Positions 50,074 to 60,014 of a DNA stretch of 64,000 nt are shown piece after piece. A program made the position numbers and the translations under genes. The stretch lies in assembly GCA_963775125.1 (NCBI GenBank), contig CAVZHQ010000004.1, forward strand, positions 7,549 to 71,548. The letters are read 5' to 3'. Source of the stretch: an uncultured Acidimicrobiales bacterium (GTDB lineage Bacteria; Actinomycetota; Acidimicrobiia; Acidimicrobiales; SZUA-35). The notes under the pieces were generated by a model. That model saw only the letters and a list, made by a program, of their open reading frames with translations. It did not search any database and was not told the origin of the DNA. The stretch's first letter is position 1; the number at the start of each line of letters is the position of its first letter.

Positions 50074-50694
50074 TCAGGGCGCGGGAGGCCAGGGTGTCGG
50101 CTCGAGCGACTCGATCCATGCCCAGCACCGGTCGACCTCGGCGTCGAGGGCCGCCAGATCGGAGCCGTTGTCGATGACGAAATCGGCCAGAGCGAGGCGG
50201 GCCTCGCGGGTGGCTTGCGCGGCGATGCGCGCCTCGGCATCGGACTGGTTGAACCCGCGGAAGGTCATGAGACGCTGCACGGCGACCTCGGTCGGGCAGT
50301 CGATCACGATGACCGCTGTCGCCCCGTGTCGATTGCCGGTCTCGACCAGCAGCGGAATGTCGAGAATGACGACCCGATCACTCCCGGCGTGCGCCTCGAC
50401 CCGCGCCTTGGTCTCGACCTTCACGGCCGGGTGGACCATCTGGTTGATTGCGGCCAACTCGGCCTTGTCGCCGAACACGATCGAGGCGACCTCGGCCCGA
50501 TCGAGCGTTCCGTCAGCGGCGACGATGCGGTCGCCCCAGCGATCGACCATGGCCACGAACACCGGTCGTCCCGGCTGCTGAAGTTCGCGTACGAGGAGAT
50601 CCGAATCGACGACGACGGCACCCCGTGCGGCGAGGCGTTCGGACACCGAAGACTTTCCTGAGCCAATACCGCCCGTGAGTGCAATGAGACGCAT
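50074..50694 (-). CDS. coaE: dephospho-CoA kinase
   Basis: Start at ATG 50694: MRLIALTGGIGSGKSSV...ILDIPLL. Confidence 0.85.
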   Translation of the reverse strand: MRLIALTGGIGSGKSSVSERLAARGAVVVDSDLLVRELQQPGRPVFVAMVDRWGDRIVAADGTLDRAEVASIVFGDKAELAAINQMVHPAVKVETKARVEAHAGSDRVVILDIPLLVETGNRHGATAVIVIDCPTEVAVQRLMTFRGFNQSDAEARIAAQATREARLALADFVIDNGSDLAALDAEVDRCWAWIESLEPTPWPPAP

Positions 50695-50845
50695 GGCCCG
50701 GGACCGTAGCCGCGGCAGCAGGTCGGATGCCTCATGCGTCGGCGGACGATCTGCACCAAATGACTCAATTCTGGGCCGAACGAACCGATCGAAAGGTGTA
50801 CCCACCCACCCATTCGTTCGCTGCGCCCGACACCGACTGGTTCTG

Positions 50846-52606
50846 ATGTCCGATACGTTCGCTGCATCCCTCACTGCCTCCCCGCCAGGCGAGAACGAGA
50901 ACACCGGCGCGCCGCTCAGTCGGCTTCGCAACGCCGGCGGTTCGGACCACGAGGGCTTCCTCCCGTGGGTCTCGGTCGGTGCCACCGACCGGTTGGCCCC
51001 GTTCAACCCCGCGATCCTGGCGGTGCGATGGTCGTCGACCGTGGCCTGCTTTGCGCTGGGCGCCGGAGCGTTCGTCGAGCAGGACTACTCCATTGTCCCC
51101 TGGATGGTTGCGGTCCTCGCCAACACCTTCATTCGGACGCTCAGCCCACTGGTGTACGACGGCAGCACTCGTAACCTGGTGAACTTGCTGGTCGAGATCA
51201 GCTTGTACGTGTTGGCCGTGATCGCCACCGGCTTCTGGTCGTCCCCGCTGGTGTTCTCCCTGGTCAATGCGATCATCCTCGCCGGCTTCGCTCGCGGATT
51301 CGCCTTCGCCATCCGCATCGCGGCCGCATCGGGGGTCGCGGTATCGCTCCCCCACCTCAGCGAGTCCAACTTCTCGTGGGCTGCCATCAGCACCGCAGCA
51401 CAATGGCTGACGGTCCTGCTCCTCGTCGGCATCGTCGCCGGATACTCACGCCGCATCAGTGGCGAGGCAACCCGCCAGCACTCCATCGCCATCGATCGGA
51501 TGAACCGGCTCGCCGACGCGAACTCGTTGCTGTTCAATCTCCATCGCATCGCCCAGACCATGCCGGCCTCGTTGAACCTGAACGAGGTTCTCAGCTCGAC
51601 CATCGTTCGCCTGCGGACGCTCATCAACTTCGATGCCGCCTGCATCCTCATCATCGACGAGACCGACGGCAGTTGGGTGGTGTCACGTCGTCAGGCGATG
51701 CGGATCGGGCAGCTCATCACCGGCGATGAGTTGCCGGGACCCGCTCGTTCGGCCGTCACCTCGAAAGCGACCGAACTTCGCTCGGACCTGGCGGTCAACG
51801 GACCCGGATTCAACATCGGTTCGATGTGCGGCGTCTACGCCCCACTACGAGCCCGCGGCGCGCTGATCGGGCTCCTCGCCATCGAGAGCAACCAGTCCGA
51901 CCGGTTCGACGAGCGAGACCGCCAGGTGCTGGAAAGCTTCGTCGAACCCGTCGCCCTCGCCATCGACAACGCGCGCTGGTTTGCTCGCTTGCGCACGGTT
52001 GGCGCCGATGAGGAACGCACCCGTATTGCTCGAGACCTGCATGACCGCATCGGCCAGTCGCTGGCGTACCTCGGGTTCGAGATCGACCGAGTGATCGCGC
52101 ACGATCTCGAGGACCTGCCCGTCACCGACGAGCTCGAACAGCTCCGAACCGACCTTCGTGGGGTGACGACCGAGGTCAGGGAAACGCTCTACGACCTGCG
52201 CACCGACGTGGGCAGCGAAAAGGACTTCGTCGACACCCTCGAGGAATTCTCGAGACGTGTCGCCGAACGTAGCGAGATCACCATTGATCTCGACTGTGAA
52301 GCGACATTCAGACTTCCCATTCTCCAAGAACGGGAAATGTGGCGCATCGCTCAGGAGGCATTGATCAACGTCGAACGGCATGCCGAGGCCGGCCGGATCG
52401 ACGTTCGTTGGCGCTGCGAGCCGGGCCTTGCCTCGCTCGAAGTGATCGACGACGGCCGCGGCTTCGCGGTCGGCAAGACAGGACGCCAGGATTCCTACGG
52501 AATTCTGGGAATGCGCGAAAGGGCGTCGAGCATCGGCGCCTCGTTGGAGTTGACCTCCACACCAGGAGAAGGGACAACACTAAGGTGCATCCTCGCACAG
52601 GGGTGA
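50846..52606 (+). CDS. membrane-bound GAF-domain sensor histidine kinase (HisKA_3 / NarL-partner type)
   Basis: Start at ATG 50846. N-terminal TM helices, a GAF-like region (ALIGLLAIES), H-box ERTRIARDLHDRIGQSL and an ATPase domain (EALINVERHA, DDGRGF, GILGMRERA). Confidence 0.8.
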   Translation: MSDTFAASLTASPPGENENTGAPLSRLRNAGGSDHEGFLPWVSVGATDRLAPFNPAILAVRWSSTVACFALGAGAFVEQDYSIVPWMVAVLANTFIRTLSPLVYDGSTRNLVNLLVEISLYVLAVIATGFWSSPLVFSLVNAIILAGFARGFAFAIRIAAASGVAVSLPHLSESNFSWAAISTAAQWLTVLLLVGIVAGYSRRISGEATRQHSIAIDRMNRLADANSLLFNLHRIAQTMPASLNLNEVLSSTIVRLRTLINFDAACILIIDETDGSWVVSRRQAMRIGQLITGDELPGPARSAVTSKATELRSDLAVNGPGFNIGSMCGVYAPLRARGALIGLLAIESNQSDRFDERDRQVLESFVEPVALAIDNARWFARLRTVGADEERTRIARDLHDRIGQSLAYLGFEIDRVIAHDLEDLPVTDELEQLRTDLRGVTTEVRETLYDLRTDVGSEKDFVDTLEEFSRRVAERSEITIDLDCEATFRLPILQEREMWRIAQEALINVERHAEAGRIDVRWRCEPGLASLEVIDDGRGFAVGKTGRQDSYGILGMRERASSIGASLELTSTPGEGTTLRCILAQG

Positions 52607-53305
52607 TGCCGCAAGGCTTCCCCACACAGAACCCGGCCTACCGCCCCATTGTCGGTGGGGCTTCGAACATTCGGCTCATGTTGGCCGACGACCATCGCAT
52701 GCTTCGCGAAGGCCTCCGGCGATCGATGACCGAACGAGGCTTCCAGGTGGTCGGTGAGGCCCGAGACGGTGCCGAAGCCGTCGAGTTGGCTGCCGCCCTT
52801 CGCCCGGACGTGATCCTGATGGACGTCACGATGCCCGAAATGGACGGCGTCGAGGCCACTCGCCAGATCAAGGCCCGCCACCCGGAAATCCGCATTGTCA
52901 TGTTGACGATGCACGCAGACCAGGACGTCCTCGCCGAGGCCATCCGGGCGGGCGCCAACGGCTACCTGGTCAAGGACTGCTCGACCGATGAGATCTCCTC
53001 GGCGATCGAAACGGTCGCCGGTGGCGAAACCGCGTCTGTCACCCCGCCTGGCAGCGTCGATGCTGGCCGAGGTCCGCCGTGGCGACACGGGCGGAGATCA
53101 CGATCGAGTGATCACCAAACGAGAAGAAGAGGTGCTCCAGCTCATCGCCAACGGGTGCAGTACCCCCGAGGTGGCCGAGCAGCTCTACATCAGCCAGAAG
53201 ACGGTGAAGAACCATCTGGCGTCCATCTACCAGAAGCTCGATGCCCGCGACCGGACGCAGGCGGTCTTGGCCGCGGTCCGAATGGGCATCGTCACCCTCG
53301 ATTGA
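52606..53305 (+). pseudogene. NarL/LuxR-family response regulator; frame broken near 53030
   Basis: ATG 52606 (TGATG overlap with the kinase stop). IRLMLADDHRMLREGL...ILMDVTMPEMDG, then a shift to LSPRLAASML...ITKREEEVLQLIANGCSTPEVAEQLYISQKTVKNHLASIYQKL (ORF 52988..53305). Confidence 0.8.
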
Positions 53306-53412
53306 GCCGAGAAATTGGGACGTTGGACCTATTCAGTCGAGGTTCGGAACGCCCGATCTAAGAAGTATCAGCCCGAGAACGGGACCGAGTAACAACCACC
53401 GGAGAGATCCAC

Positions 53413-53598
53413 ATGCTTCACTACGAATTCATCGCCGCTTGGATGCGGGCCCAGGCCAAGACCGAACGAGGCGCCTCACTCGTCGAGTACGCCCTGCTCG
53501 TCGCCCTCATCGCCGTCGTCTGCATCGCAGCCGTCACCCTGCTCGGCCGCAACGCCTCGACCAAGTTCAGCTCGGTCTCCTCCAGCATCGGCAGCTGA
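53413..53598 (+). CDS. flp: Flp-family type IVb pilin
   Basis: 61 aa, ...KTERGASLVEYALLVALIAVVCIAAV. The G/ASLVEYAL processing and hydrophobic motif is typical of Flp prepilins. RBS GGAGAG. Confidence 0.8.
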   Translation: MLHYEFIAAWMRAQAKTERGASLVEYALLVALIAVVCIAAVTLLGRNASTKFSSVSSSIGS

Positions 53599-53793
53599 TC
53601 CGAACTGGCCTCGGCCAAGTCACGCTCGAAAGAGCAGAAATGGCGGGAGCGCTCAGCGCTCCCGCCATTCGGCGTTTTGGACCGACCCCGACTGGAGCAA
53701 TTGATTCCAATTACCCAGAAAGCATGTCCCGATTCTGCCGATGAACAAGTATCAGCCCATCGGGACCGAGTAACAAACACCGGAGAGATCCAC

Positions 53794-53979
53794 ATGCTTC
53801 ACTACGAATTCATCGCCGCTTGGATGCGGGCCCAGGCCAAGACCGAACGAGGCGCCTCACTCGTCGAGTACGCCCTGCTCGTCGCCCTCATCGCCGTCGT
53901 CTGCATCGCAGCCGTCACCCTGCTCGGCCGCAACGCCTCGACCAAGTTCAGCTCGGTCTCCTCCAGCATCGGCAACTGA
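53794..53979 (+). CDS. flp: Flp-family type IVb pilin (duplicate)
   Basis: Identical to the first copy except the last residue (N instead of S). Confidence 0.8.
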   Translation: MLHYEFIAAWMRAQAKTERGASLVEYALLVALIAVVCIAAVTLLGRNASTKFSSVSSSIGN

Positions 53980-54013
53980 TCAACCGCCTCCAAGCGAGTA
54001 GGGATCATCTCTG

Positions 54014-54199
54014 ATGATGCACTACCAGTTCATTGCCGCTTGGGTGCAGTCGAAGGTCGAGGCCGAACGTGGCGCGAATCTCGTCGAGTACGCGCTGCTC
54101 CTCGTTCTGATCGCCATCGTCTGCGTCTCGGCCGTCACGGTGCTGGGTCAAGCCACGTCGACGCCGTTCAGTAACCTAAGCGGCTCCGGACTGCAATAG
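54014..54199 (+). CDS. flp: Flp-family type IVb pilin (diverged third copy)
   Basis: MMHYQFIAAWVQSKVEAERGANLVEYALLLVLIAIVCVSAV. Confidence 0.8.
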   Translation: MMHYQFIAAWVQSKVEAERGANLVEYALLLVLIAIVCVSAVTVLGQATSTPFSNLSGSGLQ

Positions 54200-54216
54200 C
54201 GACGTCCGAAGCGTCT

Positions 54217-54252
54217 GAAGGGGTGGTGACGCTGCTGCGTCACCACCCCTTC
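54217..54252. terminator. perfect 16 bp stem / 4 nt loop hairpin between the convergent flp and LLM genes
   Basis: GAAGGGGTGGTGACGC-TGCT-GCGTCACCACCCCTTC, read directly. No long T tract. Confidence 0.55.
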
Positions 54253-54307
54253 TCGCGTCGGGTCGGTGGTTCGAGGTTGGGTTGGGTTGGGTCGGGTTGG
54301 CGGACGA

Positions 54308-55453
54308 CTATTGGAACCGAGGCATGACGCGCTCGGCGAAGAGTTCGACACTCGCGTTCAGCTGCGCCGGCTCGTGAATGCCCTGGGGAATGAGCATCAT
54401 CACCTCGTTGATGGGCACGATGTCGAGCGCCGCCTCGATCTGACGGGTGATGGTGTCGGGGCTGCCGACGAGCAGTCGTGCGATCGGCTGCCCGAAGGGC
54501 AGGGCCCAGGTGTCGAAGAACCACCGGACGTCCTCGAGTTGCGCCATGGCCTCCTCGTCGGTTTCGGCGCAGATCATCAACCCTCCCCAACAGGCCTGTT
54601 CGCCGGGGACGACCGTTCGGCCGTACTGCTCGGCTGTCCGATCGTAGGACGACCAGATGGCCTTGAGCAGCTCGGGACCGCCTCCCAGCACGATGGACTT
54701 TCCGCCATAGCGACCCCAGAAGCCGGCAGTACGGGCCGACCCCGTGAAACCCGAGTAGATCTTGGGATGTGGGGTCTGGAAGGGCCGTGGCGCGATGCCC
54801 GTCTCGTGCACGGTCATGTCGGCGTCGAAGCCCGCCCCGTACTTGGTGTAGACGTCGTGGGGATGCGGGTTGCGTTCGAAGTTGGGGAAGGTCCAGAACT
54901 CGCCTTCGTAGCTGAAGGTCTCGTTGTTGAGGGCGGTGTAGACGATGTCGACGTACTCCTCGAAGTACCGGCGGTTGATGTCGTCCTCCTCGGTGTCCTT
55001 GTTCCACGGGCCCACCGGTCCGACATTTTCCCGCACCTTGAAGTTCTCGACCCAGCGGGCTTGGTAGCCGCGGACCAGGCCGACCGCGAAACGTCCCTGG
55101 TGCATGTGATCGAGCGTCGCGATGTTCTCGGCCACCCGCAGTGGGTTGTGGGTGGTCGAGACGTACCCGCAGGTGAGAATGGTCATGCGCTCACGGTGTT
55201 GGCCGAGGAACATGGACATGATGCCGGGGTCGTTGATGATCTCGAAGCCTTCGACCTGCAGGTGGTGCTCGGGGTGGCCCAGTGCGCTGTACCCGGCTTG
55301 GTCGGCGACCGTCACCAGGTCGGCCATCTCACCGAGGAAGCGCTGATACAGATCGTTCCGTAGCCCGGCCATCCCGGCCTCGAGCTCGTGACGACGGCCG
55401 ATGGTCCCGTAGACGAAGAGGTCGAAATCGAGGGGCGCTGACGAACGAGGCAT
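54308..55453 (-). CDS. LLM-class (luciferase-like) flavin-dependent oxidoreductase
   Basis: 381 aa intact. GHPEHHLQVEGFEI and LDHMHQGRFAVGLVRGYQ are patterns typical of luciferase-like monooxygenases. Confidence 0.8.
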   Translation of the reverse strand: MPRSSAPLDFDLFVYGTIGRRHELEAGMAGLRNDLYQRFLGEMADLVTVADQAGYSALGHPEHHLQVEGFEIINDPGIMSMFLGQHRERMTILTCGYVSTTHNPLRVAENIATLDHMHQGRFAVGLVRGYQARWVENFKVRENVGPVGPWNKDTEEDDINRRYFEEYVDIVYTALNNETFSYEGEFWTFPNFERNPHPHDVYTKYGAGFDADMTVHETGIAPRPFQTPHPKIYSGFTGSARTAGFWGRYGGKSIVLGGGPELLKAIWSSYDRTAEQYGRTVVPGEQACWGGLMICAETDEEAMAQLEDVRWFFDTWALPFGQPIARLLVGSPDTITRQIEAALDIVPINEVMMLIPQGIHEPAQLNASVELFAERVMPRFQ

Positions 55454-55546
55454 CCCGTCAGACTGCCAAATCCGGCGCTCCGACGGTAATCGAAGCCCCG
55501 ACGGGCCCCTGGTGGTCAGCGAGCGGGTGGTCAGCGGTCGCGGGTG

Positions 55547-57082
55547 TCAGCTCTGGCAGGCGGGCACGACGTCGGACCCGGCGCGGCAGGCGACGATCCA
55601 GGTGTGCCCGGATCCGTCACTGTCACTGGACGCCGAGCTGCGATGGGCGACGAACCACTGGTCGTCGCCTTCGATCCAATCGGAGAACAGCGTGTCGCTC
55701 CGCCAGAGCACGACGTCGATCTGGTTCCGGTCGACGATCTCCTCGAAGTCGCCGCCGAACACGAGTCGGTCGAGATCGTCGAGGACCGACTGGGGGTAGA
55801 AGTCGAACCGATCATCCACGAACACGTTGGCCTCGCCTCCGAATCGAAGCTCGAGGTAGTTGCCATCGGTCTCGCGGGTCAGCAGACGGATGTCGGGATC
55901 GGCCACCAGGCCTCGCTCCTCGAGCCAGGTGACCTCGTCCTTGGGATAGGTGCGAAGATCCAGCGCTCCCTGTTGCATCGAGACGGCGGCCGCAACCACG
56001 ACGACACAGCTGCTCAACCCGAAGAGGGCCTTGGGGAGCAGCCCGGTGGCCGCTCCGTCGAGACTGAGCCGACCTTGTCGACCGAATGCGGGAGCAGCGG
56101 CCCAGACGAGCACGATTGCCGCCGGCCCGACGTTGCGAATGGCGAGGAGTCCGGCGACCACGAAGAGAAATCCTGGAACCAACGTTCGCCAGGACGCGCC
56201 CAGCTTCGCAGCGACGAGCAGCGCCGCGACGAGCGCGATGAAGCCGAACTCGGCGGGTTCCTTGAAGTTCGGAGCCGACCACTCGATGACGTTCCGCAGC
56301 GCCTCCTGCTTGCGCAACAGCTCGACGGGGAACCACAAGAGCCTGGGGCCGAGTGGGTTCAGGGCGCCGAGCGCGATGCCGGCGGACGTCCAGCCGAGGA
56401 CCTTGGCTTCGTGGGACCTCGCGACGTGCAGGATCCGGGTCGTCGCTCCCCCGTTGCCGTCGAGCACCTGGCCCAACAGCACGGCACCGAGCAGGACGAT
56501 GGCCAACGGGAAGGAGCCGTGGGTGTTGACCCACACCCACATGATGGGCAGCAGACTCCACAACGGCAATCGCTTGTCGATGGCGAGGACGATTGCCACC
56601 ATGCCCAGGAGGCCGAACAGCAATGGCCGAGGCGACCACAGCAACGTTCCGAGCACGATCGCCGGCGCGACGAGGGCGACACGCGGGAGGACATGCCGGG
56701 CAGGAGTGGTGAGCTTCCACAAGCCGACGGCGAGCAGACCGCACAGCAAGCCGTTGAAGACCCGGAGGGACCACTCGCCGACGAACTCGTTGAGGCCGGC
56801 GTAGACAACGCTGGCCAGCCAGCTCTGGACCGTGACGGGGTCGCCGGCCGCGGTGAAGGAGAAGGGGTCGACCCGGGGGATCCCCGATCCTTCCCAGAAC
56901 AGTCGGCCGTTGGCGAAGTGGGTGAAGAAGCTGTTGTCCGAAATGGGTCGGCTGCCGATGAGGAAGCCGGCCATGGCCAGCAACGCGCCGACAGCGGCCC
57001 CGAGCGTGACGCCCTGACGAGAGGGCGACACGGGCGAGCCGCTGACGGCCGGTGCCGGCCGTTGTCCGAGCTGAGCGGTCAA
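55547..57082 (-). CDS. polytopic membrane protein, function unknown
   Basis: 511 aa intact ORF with more than 10 hydrophobic segments and a soluble C-terminal domain. The long opposite-strand ORF 55544..57916 is rejected as antisense. Confidence 0.5.
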   Translation of the reverse strand: MTAQLGQRPAPAVSGSPVSPSRQGVTLGAAVGALLAMAGFLIGSRPISDNSFFTHFANGRLFWEGSGIPRVDPFSFTAAGDPVTVQSWLASVVYAGLNEFVGEWSLRVFNGLLCGLLAVGLWKLTTPARHVLPRVALVAPAIVLGTLLWSPRPLLFGLLGMVAIVLAIDKRLPLWSLLPIMWVWVNTHGSFPLAIVLLGAVLLGQVLDGNGGATTRILHVARSHEAKVLGWTSAGIALGALNPLGPRLLWFPVELLRKQEALRNVIEWSAPNFKEPAEFGFIALVAALLVAAKLGASWRTLVPGFLFVVAGLLAIRNVGPAAIVLVWAAAPAFGRQGRLSLDGAATGLLPKALFGLSSCVVVVAAAVSMQQGALDLRTYPKDEVTWLEERGLVADPDIRLLTRETDGNYLELRFGGEANVFVDDRFDFYPQSVLDDLDRLVFGGDFEEIVDRNQIDVVLWRSDTLFSDWIEGDDQWFVAHRSSASSDSDGSGHTWIVACRAGSDVVPACQS

Positions 57083-57094
57083 CGGAATGCCGGG

Positions 57095-58039
57095 TTACTT
57101 GAACGCTTCGGTGATGTTGATGATGGCCGGTCCCAGTACGACGACGAAGAGGGCAGGGAAGATGCAGAACACCATGGGGATCATCATCTTCACCGGGGCC
57201 TTCTGCGCCTTCTCCTGAGCCCGCTGGCGGCGACGGATACGCATCTCGTCGGCCTGGGCACGGAGCACACGGCCAATGCTGACACCGAAGGTGTCGGCCT
57301 GGATCATGGCGAGAACGAACGAGCGGACCTCGGGGGTGTCGCATCGCTCTTCCATCGAGCGCAGGGCATCCGAACGAGAAGCTCCCGCTCGGCTCTCACC
57401 GAGAACCCGGGCGAATTCGTCGGAGAGCTCGCCGGGCACGTTGGCGATGACTCGATCGAGCGCCTGCTCGAACCCGAGTCCGGCCTCGACCGAGATGACC
57501 AGGAGGTCGAGGACGTCGGGCAACGACCGCTGGATGGCGGTCTGGCGAGCGCCGACCTTCTTCTTGAGCGTGGACATCGGCCCGAGGGCGCCGATCATCG
57601 CGCCGAGACCCAAGATCGCCCACAGCGAGATGCCCTTGAAGTTCAGCGGATTGATGATGAGGTGGAGCAGGATCCAGACCGGGATGAAGACCAGCCCCAT
57701 GAGGCGCATTGCGAGGAACCGTTCGACCTTGTCGGGCGAATTGATGCCGGCCTGCACGTGCAGCTTGCGGATCTGCTCGATGTATTCGGGCGGATTGAAC
57801 CGGCCGCCGAGTTTGCCGACCTTCTCGCTGAACCCCCCGAGGACGCGGTCCTTGAGGGGGATGAGCAACTCTTTGTCCCGCACGTTCTCGACTTCGTAGT
57901 CGTCGAGTTGGCGTAGCGAGGAGCGAAGCGTCGCCCGTTCTTCGAACTGAGCGAAGACGAAGTACAGGGCCAACCCGACACCGAGTCCGAGTGCGCCGAC
58001 GAGGACCTGAGGTCCGAGCTGTGCTAGCAGATCAAACAT
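57095..58039 (-). CDS. tadC: type II secretion system F-family protein (TadC-like)
   Basis: 314 aa. A T2SSF domain (LPDVLDLLVISVEAGLGFEQAL) between TM segments. 8 bp overlap with the upstream gene. Confidence 0.8.
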   Translation of the reverse strand: MFDLLAQLGPQVLVGALGLGVGLALYFVFAQFEERATLRSSLRQLDDYEVENVRDKELLIPLKDRVLGGFSEKVGKLGGRFNPPEYIEQIRKLHVQAGINSPDKVERFLAMRLMGLVFIPVWILLHLIINPLNFKGISLWAILGLGAMIGALGPMSTLKKKVGARQTAIQRSLPDVLDLLVISVEAGLGFEQALDRVIANVPGELSDEFARVLGESRAGASRSDALRSMEERCDTPEVRSFVLAMIQADTFGVSIGRVLRAQADEMRIRRRQRAQEKAQKAPVKMMIPMVFCIFPALFVVVLGPAIINITEAFK

Positions 58040-60014
58040 TGATCGTGATCACCTTCTTCATCCAGGCCATACCAACGGCGGCGGCAACGAATCCGAGTCC
58101 CAGGAAGATGTGTCCCAGGGTTCGTTGGAACAAGATCTCGATGTAGGCCGGGTTCATGATCCACATGACCACGCCGAGGCCGGGCGGCAAGCCGCCGAGG
58201 ATCATGGCCGACATCTTGCCTTCAGCGGTGAGTGCGGCGACCTCTCCCCTGAGGCGCTCGCGGGCGATCATCGTGTCCGACACGGTCATGAGCAGCTCGT
58301 TCAGGTTGCCGCCGACCTCACGCTGGATGCCGATGGCCATGACGGCCCAGGCGAAGTCGGCGCTCGACAGCCGTTCGGCGGTCCCACCGAGGGCGTCCTC
58401 GATCTCGCGACCGAGACGGGCCTCGGTCATGACTCGCCGAAGCTCGTAGCCCATGGGGTCGGAGATCTCGTGGCTGACGGCCTCGAGGCCCTGGGGCAGG
58501 GAGTAGCCGGCGCGGAGTGTGCCGGCGAGAAGCTGCAGCGTGTCCGGGAGCTGCTTCTCGAAGGCCCGCATCCGTCGGGTGGCCTTGAATCGGACGAAGC
58601 CGATGATGCCGACAGCGATCAGCACCGTGAGGATGAGCGTGAGGAAGATGCTCCGGGTGAAGATGAACGAGAACGCCGAGCCGAAGAAGACGGCGGCGAC
58701 ATAGAACGACATCGCCTCGCCAGGACGAAGCGGCATGTTCGCCCGTTCCAGCATCTCCTCGATCTTGGTGAGGAACCCCTTGTCCTCGGCGAAGCTCTCG
58801 GAGAACTCCACGGCTCGGCGGACGAGGGCAGTCTGGACGAGCGCTTGCTCTTCGTCGTTGAGCTCCTTGCCCCCCTGTTCGCCGCTGTAGCGGTCCAGCA
58901 GACCTTCGAGCGACGTTTCGCCCGACAGGAACAACGTTCCTCCGGCGAACACGGCGAGGCTCAGACCGACGAAGGCGAGCGCGATGGCGAGGTACAGACC
59001 GAGGCGGGTGCGGAAGAATGCCGGGCCACCAGGGTCGGCCGCGACGACCGGTCCGAGGCCGACGACACGATCCTGCAACAGGCCGCCGGGGTAGGAATAG
59101 GCAGTCTGCGCCGATCCGATGGTGAGCACGGCATCACCGCGGACGCTTTGCGAGGTTGCACCGGGGTAGCTGATGAGCAAGCGATCGGCGGCCATGCTGC
59201 TTGCCTGGTCGATGGCGCCGGCGATCTCGGCGGCGCTGCCGGCACCGAAGGTTGTCCCGCCGCTGCTGGTGACGATCTCGCTGAGGCCGGCTTCACCGCC
59301 GGCGAACCGAACGGCGACCAGCTGGGTGGTGTTGATGGCGAGTGACCGGGCTGCGTCGAGGCTGCCGATCTTCGAGCCGATGTCCGGTCCGCCGGACACC
59401 GCAATGACCGTTGCGAATCGCCCGTCGATGTCACTGACCAGCGCGGCGGCCCGGTCGATGGCGTTGAACATGACCGCGGTCTCGGAGAACGCAATACCTT
59501 CCACCGCGAGGGCGGCCGCCTCGTGATCGGAGGTGGGAGCGATGGCCACTTGGGCCGAGTCGCCGGCGACCACGACGCCGACCTTCACGCCGGCGCCAAG
59601 ATTCCGGATCGCCGCTGCGACGCTTGCTTTCATCGTCGCCAACACATCGCCCTGGGCGAGGCGGCGGCTGCTGTCGATGACGTAGACCACTTCGACCGGG
59701 CGCTCGGCCTCGGTGGCCCGGCGGACCGACGAGAGCTCGACGGTCTTGTCGTCTTCCACCAGGGTGACGGCGCCGGCTCCCAGTTCGTAGTAGTCGGCCA
59801 TGACCGCGGCCTCGACCAGTTCGCCCGAGGCGTCGACCCGATGCACGACCAACACCGACGGGCCCTGGGCCTCGGACTGGCCGTCCTGTTCCTGCGCCCC
59901 GACCGAGGTCGGGAGCCACGAGAACGAGACGAGAGCCAGCAGGAAGGCGAAGAGCACCCAGGCCGATCGTTTGGGTCCCGACTCGACGTTGCGAAGGTGG
60001 GGATATGTGGTCAT
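58032..60014 (-). CDS. tadB: signal peptide + VWA-like domain fused to a TadB-like T2SSF domain
   Basis: 660 aa. N-terminal signal/TM, VEVVYVIDSSRRLAQGDVL...VGVVVAGDSAQV (VWA-like, MIDAS incomplete). The C-terminal 300 aa are TadB-like (LPDTLQLLAGTLRAGYSLPQGLEAV). Confidence 0.75.
   Translation of the reverse strand: MTTYPHLRNVESGPKRSAWVLFAFLLALVSFSWLPTSVGAQEQDGQSEAQGPSVLVVHRVDASGELVEAAVMADYYELGAGAVTLVEDDKTVELSSVRRATEAERPVEVVYVIDSSRRLAQGDVLATMKASVAAAIRNLGAGVKVGVVVAGDSAQVAIAPTSDHEAAALAVEGIAFSETAVMFNAIDRAAALVSDIDGRFATVIAVSGGPDIGSKIGSLDAARSLAINTTQLVAVRFAGGEAGLSEIVTSSGGTTFGAGSAAEIAGAIDQASSMAADRLLISYPGATSQSVRGDAVLTIGSAQTAYSYPGGLLQDRVVGLGPVVAADPGGPAFFRTRLGLYLAIALAFVGLSLAVFAGGTLFLSGETSLEGLLDRYSGEQGGKELNDEEQALVQTALVRRAVEFSESFAEDKGFLTKIEEMLERANMPLRPGEAMSFYVAAVFFGSAFSFIFTRSIFLTLILTVLIAVGIIGFVRFKATRRMRAFEKQLPDTLQLLAGTLRAGYSLPQGLEAVSHEISDPMGYELRRVMTEARLGREIEDALGGTAERLSSADFAWAVMAIGIQREVGGNLNELLMTVSDTMIARERLRGEVAALTAEGKMSAMILGGLPPGLGVVMWIMNPAYIEILFQRTLGHIFLGLGFVAAAVGMAWMKKVITINV

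Larger units (their letters stand above)
53363..53979 (+). repeat. tandem duplication (period 384 bp) of an flp gene with its 5-prime leader
   Basis: AAGTATCAGCCC...GGGACCGAGTAACAA(C/A)CACCGGAGAGATCCACATG plus the whole 186 nt coding sequence recurs at 53363-53598 and 53747-53979. The coding parts differ at one nucleotide (AGC vs AAC in the last sense codon). Confidence 0.85.

Noticed and set aside
55544-57916. 790 aa plus-strand ORF
   Set aside because: It is antisense to the 511 aa membrane protein and tadC, with extremely D/E/R/G-rich composition. Shadow ORF.
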